From positions 156,605-220,604 of the forward strand of contig CAVUFO010000014.1 of assembly GCA_963740785.1 (NCBI GenBank): a DNA stretch of 64,000 nt, written 5' to 3'. The position numbers and the translations under genes were made by a program. This DNA comes from an uncultured Actinomycetota bacterium. Lineage in GTDB: Bacteria > Actinomycetota > Actinomycetes > Streptosporangiales > Streptosporangiaceae. The notes below the pieces were generated by a model. It worked only from the letters and a program-made list of their open reading frames with translations. It was not told the DNA's origin and searched no databases. Shown one piece after another: positions 8,796 to 19,187 of this stretch (position 1 is the first letter of the stretch; each line of letters opens with the position of its first letter).

Positions 8796-9851
8796 ATGAG
8801 ATTTCCGCACCCGCGGCGGCGAGATGAGGCCGATCATCACGAGCATGAGCACGGACACGGGCATGAGTCCGGGCCTGGCTCGTTTGGCCGGCTGGTACAC
8901 CTGCTGCGCCCCCATTCACACGAACCGTCGAGTTCTGTTGACACGTCGCTGGAGGCCAGCGCGGAAGGGATGCGCGCGCTCTGGATCTCGTTCGCCGCGC
9001 TCGGTGTCACGACGCTCGTTCAGGCGGTCGTCGTGGTGCTGTCAGGGTCAGTCGCGCTGCTGGGCGACACGATGCACAACGCGTCCGACGCGCTGATAGC
9101 GATCCCGCTGGCCGTCGCGTTCGTCATCGGCCGGCGCCCGCCCAACCGGCGCTACACCTACGGCTACGGCCGGGCGGAGGACCTGGCCGGCATTGTGGTC
9201 GTGCTGATGATCACGCTGTCGTCGGTCCTGGTGGCCTGGGAGGCGATCAGCAAGCTGATCCATCCGCACCGGGCCACGGCGCTCGCCGCGGTCGCCGGAG
9301 CGGCGCTGGCCGGCTTCGCCGGGAACGAGGTGGTTGCCAGGTACCGGATCCGGGTGGGCCGGAAGATCGGCTCGGCTGCGCTCGTCGCCGACGGGCTGCA
9401 CGCCCGCGCCGACGGCTTCACATCGCTGGCCGTCCTGGTGGGCGCGGGCGGGGTGGCGCTCGGCTGGACGTGGGCGGATCCGGTCGTCGGCCTGCTCATC
9501 ACGGTGGCGATTCTCGCGGTGCTCAGGCAGGCGGCCAGGGACATCTACCGGCGGCTGATGGATGCTGTCGATCCGGCGGTCATCACGCGCGCCGAGGAGG
9601 TCCTGGCCGGCACGCCTGGGGTGCTCGCGGTCGGTCACGTGCGGATGCGCTGGACAGGACACCAGCTGCGGGCCGAGTGCGAGGTCGTCGTCGACCCGGC
9701 GGCCAGCGCGCTGCAGGCTCACGAGGTGACCGTCGCGGCCGAGCACAACCTGCTGCACGCGATGCCCGGCCTCATCGCGGCGCTCGTGCACGCCGATCCG
9801 GATTCGCCAGGTGGAACCGACTACCACTCGGTGCTCGCCTCGCACCGCTAA
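8796..9851 (+). CDS. Cation diffusion facilitator (CDF) metal efflux transporter with a His-rich N-terminus
   Basis: MRFPHPRRRDEADHHEHEHGHGHE..., TM segments with HNASDAL and DGLHARADG motifs, and a C-terminal cytoplasmic domain. The ATG at 8796 was chosen; the ORF track start at 8505 is antisense to the neighbouring gene. Confidence 0.85.
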   Translation: MRFPHPRRRDEADHHEHEHGHGHESGPGSFGRLVHLLRPHSHEPSSSVDTSLEASAEGMRALWISFAALGVTTLVQAVVVVLSGSVALLGDTMHNASDALIAIPLAVAFVIGRRPPNRRYTYGYGRAEDLAGIVVVLMITLSSVLVAWEAISKLIHPHRATALAAVAGAALAGFAGNEVVARYRIRVGRKIGSAALVADGLHARADGFTSLAVLVGAGGVALGWTWADPVVGLLITVAILAVLRQAARDIYRRLMDAVDPAVITRAEEVLAGTPGVLAVGHVRMRWTGHQLRAECEVVVDPAASALQAHEVTVAAEHNLLHAMPGLIAALVHADPDSPGGTDYHSVLASHR

Positions 9852-10083
9852 CCGCCCGCACCTCAAGCCACGGGATGAAGGCGGTCAGCACTCCGTCGCT
9901 GATCATGTTCACGAAGCCGGCGACGCGGTCCGTCGCGTCGTCGATGGCCAGCATCACGCGAAAGCTCCCGCGCAGCACGTCCAGGTGCTGAGCTGCCGAC
10001 GGCCGCCGCGGCCAGCCCACGAAGAACCCGGTGAGCATGCTCGCGTCGACGTCGGCGGCATCTTCTGTGTAGTGGATCATCAT
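9772..10083 (-). pseudogene. GNAT acetyltransferase remnant (N-terminal ~75 aa), truncated at the CDF stop codon
   Basis: MMIHYTEDAADVDASMLTGFFVGWPRRPSAAQHLDVLRGSFRVMLAIDDATDRVAGFVNMISDGVLTAFIPWLEV is GNAT-like, with a GGAGG RBS before ATG 10083. The acetyl-CoA binding R/Q-x-x-G-x-G/A segment is missing. The remaining reading frame is antisense to the CDF 3' end. Confidence 0.45.
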
Positions 10084-10308
10084 TGGCCTCCACGCCTCGC
10101 GCTGATGCTGACGCCTTACCGCATTGTGGCAACACCGGCGGCAGACCCGGGCACCTGTCGCATTGCGCGAAGATAAAAGCCTAGATGTAGAGAAAAGGCA
10201 CGCATAGGGCACTGAGTCTTCCCCTAAGGGCGGAACACGGTCCCGGCCGACGGCGACCACGCGCTAGCGTCAGTTCCGGACGATTCCCTTCCGGGATGGA
10301 GGAAGCGC

Positions 10309-11271
10309 ATGGGGCCCGACCTGAGCCCGACGGCCAGGGCGCTGCTGGCGCTTGAGGCCATCCAGAACAACCCTGGCATCACGGCCGCCAAGCTCGGGGT
10401 CAGGCTCGGCGTCACCGAGCGGGCCGTTCGCCGCTACGTCGAGATCCTGCGCGAGGCCGATCTGCCAATCGAGTCGGTCAGCGGTCCCTACGGCGGCTAC
10501 CGGGTCGGCCGCGGCATCCGGCTGCCGCCGCTGATGTTCTCGGCCGCGGAGGCGATCGGACTGGTCATGGCCGTCCTGGAAGGTCACAGGAACGCGGCCG
10601 ACCCCGTCGATCCCGTCGGCAGCGCGCTCGCCAAGATCGCGCGGGTCTTGCCGGCCAGGCTGGCGAGCCCGGTCCTGGCCTTCAGGGACGTCAATGCCCC
10701 TCGTTCGGCCACCGAGGCCGCCGCCGTCAGCCCTGAGCTGGTGACGGCGCTGATCGAGTCCTGCGCGGCGGCTACTCAGCTGCGGCTGACGTACCGGCTC
10801 GGCATGCCTCACGGCGTGGCCATGGAGATCGACCCGTGGGCCGTCGTGCTCCGGCACAGCCGGTGGTACCTGCTCGGCTGGTCCCGCACCAGGCAGGCAC
10901 GCCGGATCCTTCGCGTCGACAGGATCGTGTCGATCGAGCAGGAACAGGAGACCTTCACGCCTCCTGCCGACCTCGACGCGCTGCGCATGCTCGAGGAGCA
11001 TCTTTCCCAGAGCTGGACCCATCAGGTCGAGGTCCTCGTCGAGGCCCCCGTCGAGAGGACATCGCGGTGGGTGCCCAGAAGCCTCGGCAGGCTGGAGCCC
11101 GCCGAGGGCGGGCATACTCGCATCACGGCAACGACGGACGACCCCGACTGGTACGCCAGGCAGCTCGCGGCCATCCCCGCGCCGTTTCACGTCGTCGGTT
11201 CACCGCCACTCCAGCAGGCCATAGACGCGCTAGGCCGCAAGCTGGTCGCGTCGGCGCAATCCCCCAGCTAA
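10309..11271 (+). CDS. YafY-family transcriptional regulator (HTH + WYL + WCX domains)
   Basis: N-terminal HTH (ITAAKLGVRLGVTERAVRRYVEILREADLPIES) and a WYL core (IDPWAVVLRHSRWYLLGWSRTRQARRILRVDRIVS). Confidence 0.85.
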   Translation: MGPDLSPTARALLALEAIQNNPGITAAKLGVRLGVTERAVRRYVEILREADLPIESVSGPYGGYRVGRGIRLPPLMFSAAEAIGLVMAVLEGHRNAADPVDPVGSALAKIARVLPARLASPVLAFRDVNAPRSATEAAAVSPELVTALIESCAAATQLRLTYRLGMPHGVAMEIDPWAVVLRHSRWYLLGWSRTRQARRILRVDRIVSIEQEQETFTPPADLDALRMLEEHLSQSWTHQVEVLVEAPVERTSRWVPRSLGRLEPAEGGHTRITATTDDPDWYARQLAAIPAPFHVVGSPPLQQAIDALGRKLVASAQSPS

Positions 11272-11285
11272 CCAAGGAGGTCCTG

Positions 11286-11654
11286 ATGAGTTCCGCGGCT
11301 ATGGTCCTGCCCGATCTCGAACGGGCGAGGCTCAGGGCGCTGGTCGGCGCGGACATCGCGGCAGCGGAGACGCTGCACGCCGAGGACTACCAGCTCGTCA
11401 CCCCGAACGGCTCGGACCTGACCAAGGACGACTACCTGGCCGCCATCGGGTCTGGGCGGCTCAGGTACCGCGTGTTCGAGGCCGCATCCGAGATCGCCGT
11501 GCTCGGCGACGGGCCCGTCGCGGTCCTGCGTTACCAGGCCAGGATCAGCTTCGACGACCGGCCAGGCCTGCTCTGCTGGCACACCGACTGCTACCGGCAG
11601 CGCGGCGGGCACTGGCAGGTGGTGTGGTCACAGGCCACCCGGATAATCGAATGA
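11286..11654 (+). CDS. DUF4440/NTF2-like small protein
   Basis: An AAGGAGG RBS lies 5 nt before ATG 11286. 122 aa with the pattern ...AEDYQLVTPNGSDLTKDDYLAAIGSGRLRY...HWQVVWSQATRI. The stop overlaps the next start (ATGA at 11651). Confidence 0.7.
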   Translation: MSSAAMVLPDLERARLRALVGADIAAAETLHAEDYQLVTPNGSDLTKDDYLAAIGSGRLRYRVFEAASEIAVLGDGPVAVLRYQARISFDDRPGLLCWHTDCYRQRGGHWQVVWSQATRIIE

Positions 11655-12649
11655 TGCGCGCGATCGTGCTCGACCGGCCAGGCAGCTTCCGCGTCGCCGA
11701 GGTGCCCGACCCGGCGCCGCGGGCCGGCGAGGTGATCGTCAGGGTTGACGCGTGCGGAATCTGCGGCACTGACCTGCACATCCTGGCCGGGGAGTTCCCG
11801 CCGACGCCCTATCCGATCACGCCCGGCCACGAGTTCGCGGGTCAGATCGTCGCTATCGGGCAAGACAGCACACCCGGCCTGGCCGAGGGTGACCGGGTCG
11901 CCGTGGACCCCTCGCTGTACTGCGGATGGTGCAGGCGGTGCCGGGCCGGGCGCGGCAACCTGTGCGCGAACTGGGGAGCGATCGGCGACACCGTGAGCGG
12001 TGCGTTCGCCGAGTATGTCGCCGTGCCGGCCGCCAACGTGTACCGGCTGCCTGACCACGTCGACGGTCAGCGCGGCGCGATGGCCGAGCCGCTCGCGTGC
12101 GCCGTGCACGGCCTGCGGCGGCTCGGTGCCGTGATGGGCGAGTCCGCCGTCGTGGTCGGAGCCGGCCCGATGGGCCTGTTGCTGCTCCAATTGCTGGTGC
12201 GCGCGGGCAGCAGTTCCGTCGCGGTCGTCGACAAGGTCGGCGCGCGCCTCGATGCGGCCCGCAACCTCGGCGCGGCGCGAGCGGTCGCCAGTGCCGAGGA
12301 ACTGGACGGCGCGCGGTTCGACGTGGCGGTCGACGCGACAGGCGTGCCCGCGGCCATCGAATCCGCACTCGGCCTGCTCGACCGCGGCGGACGGCTGCTC
12401 GTGTTCGGCGTGGCGCCGGCCGAGGCGGGCATCGCCGTCTCGCCGTTCCGCGTCTACAACGACGAGATCACCATCGTCGGGTCGATGGCCATCCTGCGCA
12501 GCTTCGGGGCGGCCGTGGACCTGCTCGCCAGCCGGGCGATCGATCCTGGCCCGCTGCTCAGCCCGCCCTTGCCACTCGACGATTTCGGGTCGGCCATCGC
12601 ACACGTGCGGGCGGGCCACGGGATCAAGTGGCACATCCGCCCGTCCTGA
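11651..12649 (+). CDS. Zinc-dependent alcohol/polyol dehydrogenase (MDR family)
   Basis: CGICGTDLH, GHEFAG, the structural-Zn motif CGWCRRCRAGRGNLC, and a GAGPMG Rossmann motif. Confidence 0.9.
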   Translation: MMRAIVLDRPGSFRVAEVPDPAPRAGEVIVRVDACGICGTDLHILAGEFPPTPYPITPGHEFAGQIVAIGQDSTPGLAEGDRVAVDPSLYCGWCRRCRAGRGNLCANWGAIGDTVSGAFAEYVAVPAANVYRLPDHVDGQRGAMAEPLACAVHGLRRLGAVMGESAVVVGAGPMGLLLLQLLVRAGSSSVAVVDKVGARLDAARNLGAARAVASAEELDGARFDVAVDATGVPAAIESALGLLDRGGRLLVFGVAPAEAGIAVSPFRVYNDEITIVGSMAILRSFGAAVDLLASRAIDPGPLLSPPLPLDDFGSAIAHVRAGHGIKWHIRPS

Positions 12650-12661
12650 CCCCGCCGCCCG

Positions 12662-13825
<1,164 letters not shown>

Positions 13826-13829
13826 GGGG

Positions 13830-15266
13830 TTAATCCTCCTCCTGACTGCCGCGCCCGGTGGCTTCCGGGGGCTCAGGCCCTTCGGCGGACACTGTCCACG
13901 GCGCGGTGGCGTCCCTCAGCGCGGCGAAACGCGCCCTGATCTCCGGTTGCGGATTCCCGCGGTAGCGGGTGCCCGGCGGACGCGGCCAGGCCGGCGCCGC
14001 CGCCGTCCCGGCCAGCGCCCACGCGGCCTGGCGTGCGGCGCCGAGCGCGACATACTCTCGCGACTCTGGCACGTCGACGTCGCGGGCGAAGATGCCGGGG
14101 GCCACCGCCCGCACGGCCGCTGACCGGGCCCCGCCGCCGATCATGAGGACCCGATCGAACTCAGCGCCCCACGCGGCGAGGCGGTCAGCGGCGTCGGCGA
14201 GCGACGCCAGCACGCCCTCGACCGCCGCCCTCGCGAGGTTCTGCGGTGTGCCGTTCGAGGTGGTCAGGCCGGTCAGCACGCCGGTCGCGCGCGGGCGCTG
14301 CGGCGTCCGCTCGCCGTCGAAGTAGGGCAGCAGCGTGATCCCGGCCGCGCCGGGTTCGGCGGCCAGCGCCCGCCCGGCCAGCCCGGCCAGGTCGGTGCCG
14401 GTCATGGTGGCCGTGGCGGAGAGCACGAGACCCGCGTTGACGGTGCAGACAAGCGGCAGGAACCGCCCTGTCGCGTCGGCGAACCCGGCGACGGCCCCCG
14501 AGTCGTCCGTCGCCGGGACGGCCGAGACCGCGAAGACCGTGCCCGACGTCCCGACGGACACGGCGATCTCGCCTGGCTCCAGGCCAAGGCCAAGCGCGGC
14601 CGCCATGTTGTCGCCGGTGCCGGCGGCGAGCAGCGCGCCGCCGGCGGCCTGCCCCACGGTCTCGCCGGGGGCCGCGACCCGCGGCAGGGCGGGCTCGTGG
14701 CCGAGCGCGGCGGCGGCGATGTCGGGCAGCCAGCCGCCGCGCGGCGTCGCGAAGTAGCCGGTTCCAGACGCGTCGCCGCGGTCCGTGACCGGCTCGGCGG
14801 CACCGAGCCGCCAGGTGAGCCAGTCATGCGGCAGCATCACCCGCGCGACCGCGGCGGCGTTCGCCGGCTCGGAGGCGGCCAGCCAGCGCAGCTTGGTGAC
14901 GGTGAAGGAGGCGTTGGGCACGCTGCCGGTGTGCTGCGCCCACCATGCCGGCCCGCCGAACTCGGTGACCAGGCCGGCCGCGGCGGCGGCGGAGCGCATG
15001 TCATTCCACAGCAGGGCCGGCCTGATGACCTTGCCGTCGTCGTCGAGCACCACCATCCCGTGCTGCTGCCCCGCGACCGCGATGGCCGCCGCCCGGCCGA
15101 GCAGCCCGTCGCCGGCCTGCTGCAGGGCGGTCCACCAGGCTTCTGGATCGCACTCGGTGCCCGCCGGATGCGGCGCGCTCGCCTCGGCCACGACCGTGCC
15201 GTCGGCGGTCTCGCAGAGCAGCACCTTGGTCGACTGGGTGGAGGAATCCACTCCGGCCACGAGCAT
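13830..15266 (-). CDS. xylB: Xylulokinase (FGGY family)
   Basis: [33 protein letters not shown], and [11 protein letters not shown]. It lies 4 bp upstream of xylA on the same strand. Confidence 0.9.
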   Translation of the reverse strand: MLVAGVDSSTQSTKVLLCETADGTVVAEASAPHPAGTECDPEAWWTALQQAGDGLLGRAAAIAVAGQQHGMVVLDDDGKVIRPALLWNDMRSAAAAAGLVTEFGGPAWWAQHTGSVPNASFTVTKLRWLAASEPANAAAVARVMLPHDWLTWRLGAAEPVTDRGDASGTGYFATPRGGWLPDIAAAALGHEPALPRVAAPGETVGQAAGGALLAAGTGDNMAAALGLGLEPGEIAVSVGTSGTVFAVSAVPATDDSGAVAGFADATGRFLPLVCTVNAGLVLSATATMTGTDLAGLAGRALAAEPGAAGITLLPYFDGERTPQRPRATGVLTGLTTSNGTPQNLARAAVEGVLASLADAADRLAAWGAEFDRVLMIGGGARSAAVRAVAPGIFARDVDVPESREYVALGAARQAAWALAGTAAAPAWPRPPGTRYRGNPQPEIRARFAALRDATAPWTVSAEGPEPPEATGRGSQEED

Positions 15267-15275
15267 GCCGAAACT

Positions 15276-17774
15276 CTACCGAGAATTTACGAGGCTGGCG
15301 ATGGCGGCCGGGGTGCAGAGAACCCGGCCCCGGCCGGCCTGCCGCCCCGGTCCGCGCAGCTCGATCTCACCGTGCAGCCGCAGGTCAGCGGACGAGGAAC
15401 CGATCGCGACCTCCACGATCCCGGCTTCCACCACGCGGGTGCCCGCGACCCCGTGGAACGCGGTGCGGTCCGCGTGCAGCGCGAACGTCACCCTGCTGGC
15501 CGCGCCTGGCGCGAGCGTGACCCTGGCGAAGCCGGCGAGCGACCGCACCGGCCTGGTGACCTGCGCCACCGGGTCCCGCAGGTAGAGCTGCACAACCTCG
15601 GTGCCGGTCAGGCCGCCGGTGTTCGTGATCGTGCACGCGATTTCCGCGGTCCCGTCCGTGCTTATCTCGGCCCTTCCGTCCTTGGCCGGGCCGATCGTCA
15701 GGTCCGAGTAGCCGAACGTCGTGTAGGAAAGGCCGTGCCCGAACGGGAACAACGGCGTCGGGTCCACCGAGCTCACGCTGGACCGGCTGGCCAGCGGGGG
15801 AGCCAGATAGACCGGCCGGGCGGCCGGGTGCAGCGGCACCTCGACCGGCAGCTTGCCGCTCGGCACCACCCGGCCTGACAGCACGCCCGCGATCGCGCCC
15901 GCTCCCTCCTGGCCGGGGAAGAACGCCTGCACGATGGCCGCGAACGGGCCGGGTCCCGGCGCGTACGGCCTGCCGGTGATGAGGACCCCGACGACCGGCT
16001 TCCCCGTCGCGACGAGCCCGGCGAGCAGCTCGGACTGGATGCCAGGCAACCGCAGGTCGGTCGCGTCGCAGCCCTCGCCGGAACTCCCTCGGCCGAACAG
16101 CCCTGCCTCGTCGCCGAGCACGGCGATCACGAGGTCGGCGTCGCTGGCAAGCGCGATCGCTGCCGCGAAACCTGACCTGTCATCACCGCGCACGTCGCAG
16201 CCGCGCGCGTGGGTGATCACGGCCGCGGGCAGTTCCTTCCGCAGCGCCGCGACGAGGGGCGTGAGCGGGATCCCGGCGTCGGTTCCCGGGTGTGCGTAGC
16301 CGACGTGCCGAGGGAACGTGTAGCAGCCGAAGAAGGCCAGCGGGTCGTCGGCGAGGGGGCCGATGACGGCGAGCCGCTGCCCGCCGGCCAGCGGCAGCGC
16401 GCCGGCGTCATTGGCGAGCAGGACGACCGAATGCTCGGCCAGGCGCCTGGCAAGCTCGCGGTTCGCGGGCGGGTCCAGGCTGACGGCCGGCTCGGTCTCG
16501 GCATCGGCCGCCTGGCCGGCGTCGAGCAGGCCAAGCTCGATCTTCTGGCGCAGCACCCGCTCGACGGCGACGTCGACGACGTGCTCGGAGACCTCACCTG
16601 CGCTGACCGCCGCTGCCAGCGGCGCGCCATAGCAGTGCACATTGGGAAGCTCCACGTCGACGCCGGCCCGCAGGGCCATCGCAGCGGCCTGCGCGGGGGA
16701 CTCGGCGACGCCGTGCAGGGTGGCGAGGAACGCGATGCCGTAGTAGTCGGCGACGAGCACGCCGTCGAAGCCGAGTTCGTCGCGGAGGATGCCGGTCAGC
16801 AGCCGGTGGTCCGCCGCTGGCGGGACGCCGTCGATATCGGAATAGGAATGCATCACGCTGCGAGCGCCGCCTTCGCGCAGCGCCATCTCGAATGGCGGCA
16901 GGAACACATCGGCCAACTCTCGCGGTCCGATGCTGACCGGCGCCATGTTGCGGCCGGACTGCGATCCTGAGTATCCGGCGAAATGCTTGAGGGTGGCGAT
17001 CACGCCTGCCGACTGCAGGCCGCGCACGTAGGCGGTACCGAGCACCCCGACCAGGTAAGGATCGGCGCCGATCGTCTCTTCCACGCGGCCCCACCTGGGG
17101 TCCCGCGCGACGTCGAGCACGGGTGCGAGGCCCTGGTGCACCCCGACCGCGCGCATGCCGCGCCCGATCGCGGCGGCCATCGCCTCGATCGTGTCCTGGT
17201 CGAAGGCCGCGCCCCAGGCGAGCGGGGTCGGGAAGGCGGTGGCCGTCCAGGCGGCGAAGCCGGTCAGGCATTCCTCGTGCGCGATCGCGGGGATCCCGAA
17301 CCGGCTCGCCCCGGTGATCTGGGCCTGCAGCCTGGCCAGCTCGGCGACGCCGGCGGCGGGCTGCAGGGGTCGGGTGCCGAAGACGCGGGTCAGCTGGCCG
17401 AGCCCGTTCTTGATCAGCTCCGCGAACGGCGGCAGGTCTTCTGTGAACTCGCCCTGCAGCGGCGCCACGCCGTTGCCGTCGGCCGGCCCGCTCAGCCAGA
17501 CGCTGCCGAGCTGGGCCAGTTTCTCCGCAAGCGTCATCCTGGCCAGCAGGTCGGCCGCCCGCTGCGCGGCCGGCAGCGAGATGTCGCGCCATGGTTCGTG
17601 CGTGCCGGGCGGCCCGGAGCTGACGATGCCGTCGCCCGTGTGCTCGCCGTCGCCCGTGTGCTCGCCGTCACCCGTGTGCTCGCCGTCACCCGTGTGCTCG
17701 CCGTCACCCGTGTGCTCGCCGTCGCCCGTGCGCGGTCCGCCGACCGCGCCGCGCGGCACCGGCTGGCGCTTCAC
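15276..17774 (-). CDS. Glycoside hydrolase family 3 (beta-glucosidase/beta-xylosidase type) with an N-terminal (GDGEHT)x6 repeat
   Basis: 832 aa. GH3 motifs present: MTLAEKLAQL, DVARDPRWGRVEETIGADPYL, KHFAGYS, and a fibronectin-like C-terminal domain. It has a 4-bp overlap with the upstream lacI-type gene. Confidence 0.9.
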   Translation of the reverse strand: MKRQPVPRGAVGGPRTGDGEHTGDGEHTGDGEHTGDGEHTGDGEHTGDGIVSSGPPGTHEPWRDISLPAAQRAADLLARMTLAEKLAQLGSVWLSGPADGNGVAPLQGEFTEDLPPFAELIKNGLGQLTRVFGTRPLQPAAGVAELARLQAQITGASRFGIPAIAHEECLTGFAAWTATAFPTPLAWGAAFDQDTIEAMAAAIGRGMRAVGVHQGLAPVLDVARDPRWGRVEETIGADPYLVGVLGTAYVRGLQSAGVIATLKHFAGYSGSQSGRNMAPVSIGPRELADVFLPPFEMALREGGARSVMHSYSDIDGVPPAADHRLLTGILRDELGFDGVLVADYYGIAFLATLHGVAESPAQAAAMALRAGVDVELPNVHCYGAPLAAAVSAGEVSEHVVDVAVERVLRQKIELGLLDAGQAADAETEPAVSLDPPANRELARRLAEHSVVLLANDAGALPLAGGQRLAVIGPLADDPLAFFGCYTFPRHVGYAHPGTDAGIPLTPLVAALRKELPAAVITHARGCDVRGDDRSGFAAAIALASDADLVIAVLGDEAGLFGRGSSGEGCDATDLRLPGIQSELLAGLVATGKPVVGVLITGRPYAPGPGPFAAIVQAFFPGQEGAGAIAGVLSGRVVPSGKLPVEVPLHPAARPVYLAPPLASRSSVSSVDPTPLFPFGHGLSYTTFGYSDLTIGPAKDGRAEISTDGTAEIACTITNTGGLTGTEVVQLYLRDPVAQVTRPVRSLAGFARVTLAPGAASRVTFALHADRTAFHGVAGTRVVEAGIVEVAIGSSSADLRLHGEIELRGPGRQAGRGRVLCTPAAIASLVNSR
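17631..17738. repeat. 18-bp tandem repeat (GTCRCCCGTGTGCTCGCC) x5 plus a degenerate 6th copy, in frame in the GH3 N-terminus
   Basis: Read directly. On the minus strand it encodes GDGEHT repeated six times. Confidence 0.95.
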
Positions 17775-18838
17775 GCCGGAAGGCGGGCCGTCGACTCCCG
17801 CACGATCAGCTCGGTCGTGAGTTCCACTCGCTGGCTGCGCAGCGGCACGCCCTCGATCAGGTCACCCAGCATCTCCGCGGCCACCTTGCCCATGTCGGCG
17901 AGCGGCTGCCGGACGGTCGTGAGCGGCGGCGATACCCAGCGCGCGGCCGGCAGGTCGTCGAATCCCACGACCGACAGGTCTTGCGGAATCCGCAGCCCGC
18001 GCTGCCTCGCTGCCTCGTACACGCCCAGAGCCTGCTGGTCGCTGCCCGCGAAGATCGCCGTCGGCGGCTCGGCGAGGTCGAGCAGCTCGCCGCCGCGACC
18101 GAAGCCGCCCTCGTGCTGGAAGTCGCCGTGCCGCAGCAGCGCCTCGTCGAACTTGATGCCCGCGCGCTCGAGCGCCGACCGGTATCCGTCGACCCTGGCC
18201 CGGCTGCACAGGTAGTCGGCAGGGCCCGTGATCGCGCCGATCCTGCGGTGCCCGAGGGTCAGCAGGTGATCGGTCGCGGCGAGGCCGCCAGCCCAGTTGG
18301 TGGCGCCGACGCTGGGCAGGTCGGGCTCCGGCAGGTTCACCGGGTCCACGACCACGAGCGGGATGCCCTCGCTGCGAACCTGCCGCAGCTGCGGCATCGT
18401 CAGCTCGGACGTCACCAGGATCACGCCGTCGGTGTCGTGGCTGGCCAGCGCGCTCGTCCAGCTGGCCGGCCGGGCATTGCCGTGCCGCACGGCCGAGACG
18501 GTCGCGCCCATCGTGTGGGCCGAGCACCAGTCCTCGATGCCGCGCAGGATCTCCACGGCCCACGGGCTGTCCAGGCCGTTGAAGACCACGTCGATCAGCC
18601 CGGCCCTGCGGCCGCGCCGCGGGCCTGGACGCCGGTACTCGCGCTCGCCGAGCAAGCGCTCGACCATCGCCCGGGTTTCGGGGGCCACGTCGGGACGGCC
18701 GTTGACGACCTTCGACACCGTCGGCAGCGATACTCCTGCCTCCTGGGCTATCGCGGCCAGAGTCGGCCGGCGTCTCCGGCTCGCGCTTTCCTGGCGCCCC
18801 GTACGCACCGGCTCCGTGGTCGACACTCTCCCTGTCAT
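17771..18838 (-). CDS. LacI-family transcriptional regulator
   Basis: HTH motif PTLAAIAQEAGVSLPTVSKVVNGRPDVAPETRAMV, followed by a periplasmic-binding-protein-like sugar domain. Confidence 0.9.
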   Translation of the reverse strand: MTGRVSTTEPVRTGRQESASRRRRPTLAAIAQEAGVSLPTVSKVVNGRPDVAPETRAMVERLLGEREYRRPGPRRGRRAGLIDVVFNGLDSPWAVEILRGIEDWCSAHTMGATVSAVRHGNARPASWTSALASHDTDGVILVTSELTMPQLRQVRSEGIPLVVVDPVNLPEPDLPSVGATNWAGGLAATDHLLTLGHRRIGAITGPADYLCSRARVDGYRSALERAGIKFDEALLRHGDFQHEGGFGRGGELLDLAEPPTAIFAGSDQQALGVYEAARQRGLRIPQDLSVVGFDDLPAARWVSPPLTTVRQPLADMGKVAAEMLGDLIEGVPLRSQRVELTTELIVRESTARLPA

Positions 18839-19017
18839 CCTTCCCGGTCGTGCTCTCGAAATTGATCGGGCAGACTATCGAACCCCTTTCGGAGTCTGCC
18901 AGTCGCTCCATCCTGCCTCGGGCGAGGCTCGTACGCAATGGTCACACGGCTCAGCGGGTCGGATCGGAGTCGCAAGCGCATCGCGCGCGACTACTCCTGC
19001 CGCACCCTTAGGAGGGG

Positions 19018-19046
19018 TTGACCACACGCAGGCAGGTTCTTACGAT
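19018..19046 (+). promoter_or_regulatory. Candidate sigma70-type promoter for the ABC importer operon
   Basis: TTGACC, a 17-nt spacer, then TACGAT, about 140 nt upstream of the SBP start. I could not pick out a convincing LacI operator palindrome. Confidence 0.3.
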
Positions 19047-19187
19047 GACGGCACGCTGAAATATTGCTGAATCTTTCGACGATTGCGCGATCGGATCGGG
19101 CGGAACGGAGCCGCGAACGCGGCAGGATCGACCAGTCTCCGCGCTACAACCCCCCATAGTTCGGCCCATCGTCAGGAGATGACCATC

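Noticed and set aside
10270-12634. Long minus-strand ORFs 10270..11190 and 11591..12634, antisense to the WYL regulator and the Zn-dehydrogenase
   Set aside because: They have the typical antisense composition (Arg, Gly, Asp, Pro rich). The plus-strand genes have clear family motifs. These are same-phase shadow ORFs, which are common in high-GC DNA.
18839-19187. LacI operator in the divergent xylan-locus intergenic region
   Set aside because: I looked for a 14-20-bp palindrome of the TG..A.CG.T..CA type and found only weak partial dyads, so I will not assign one without a motif search.
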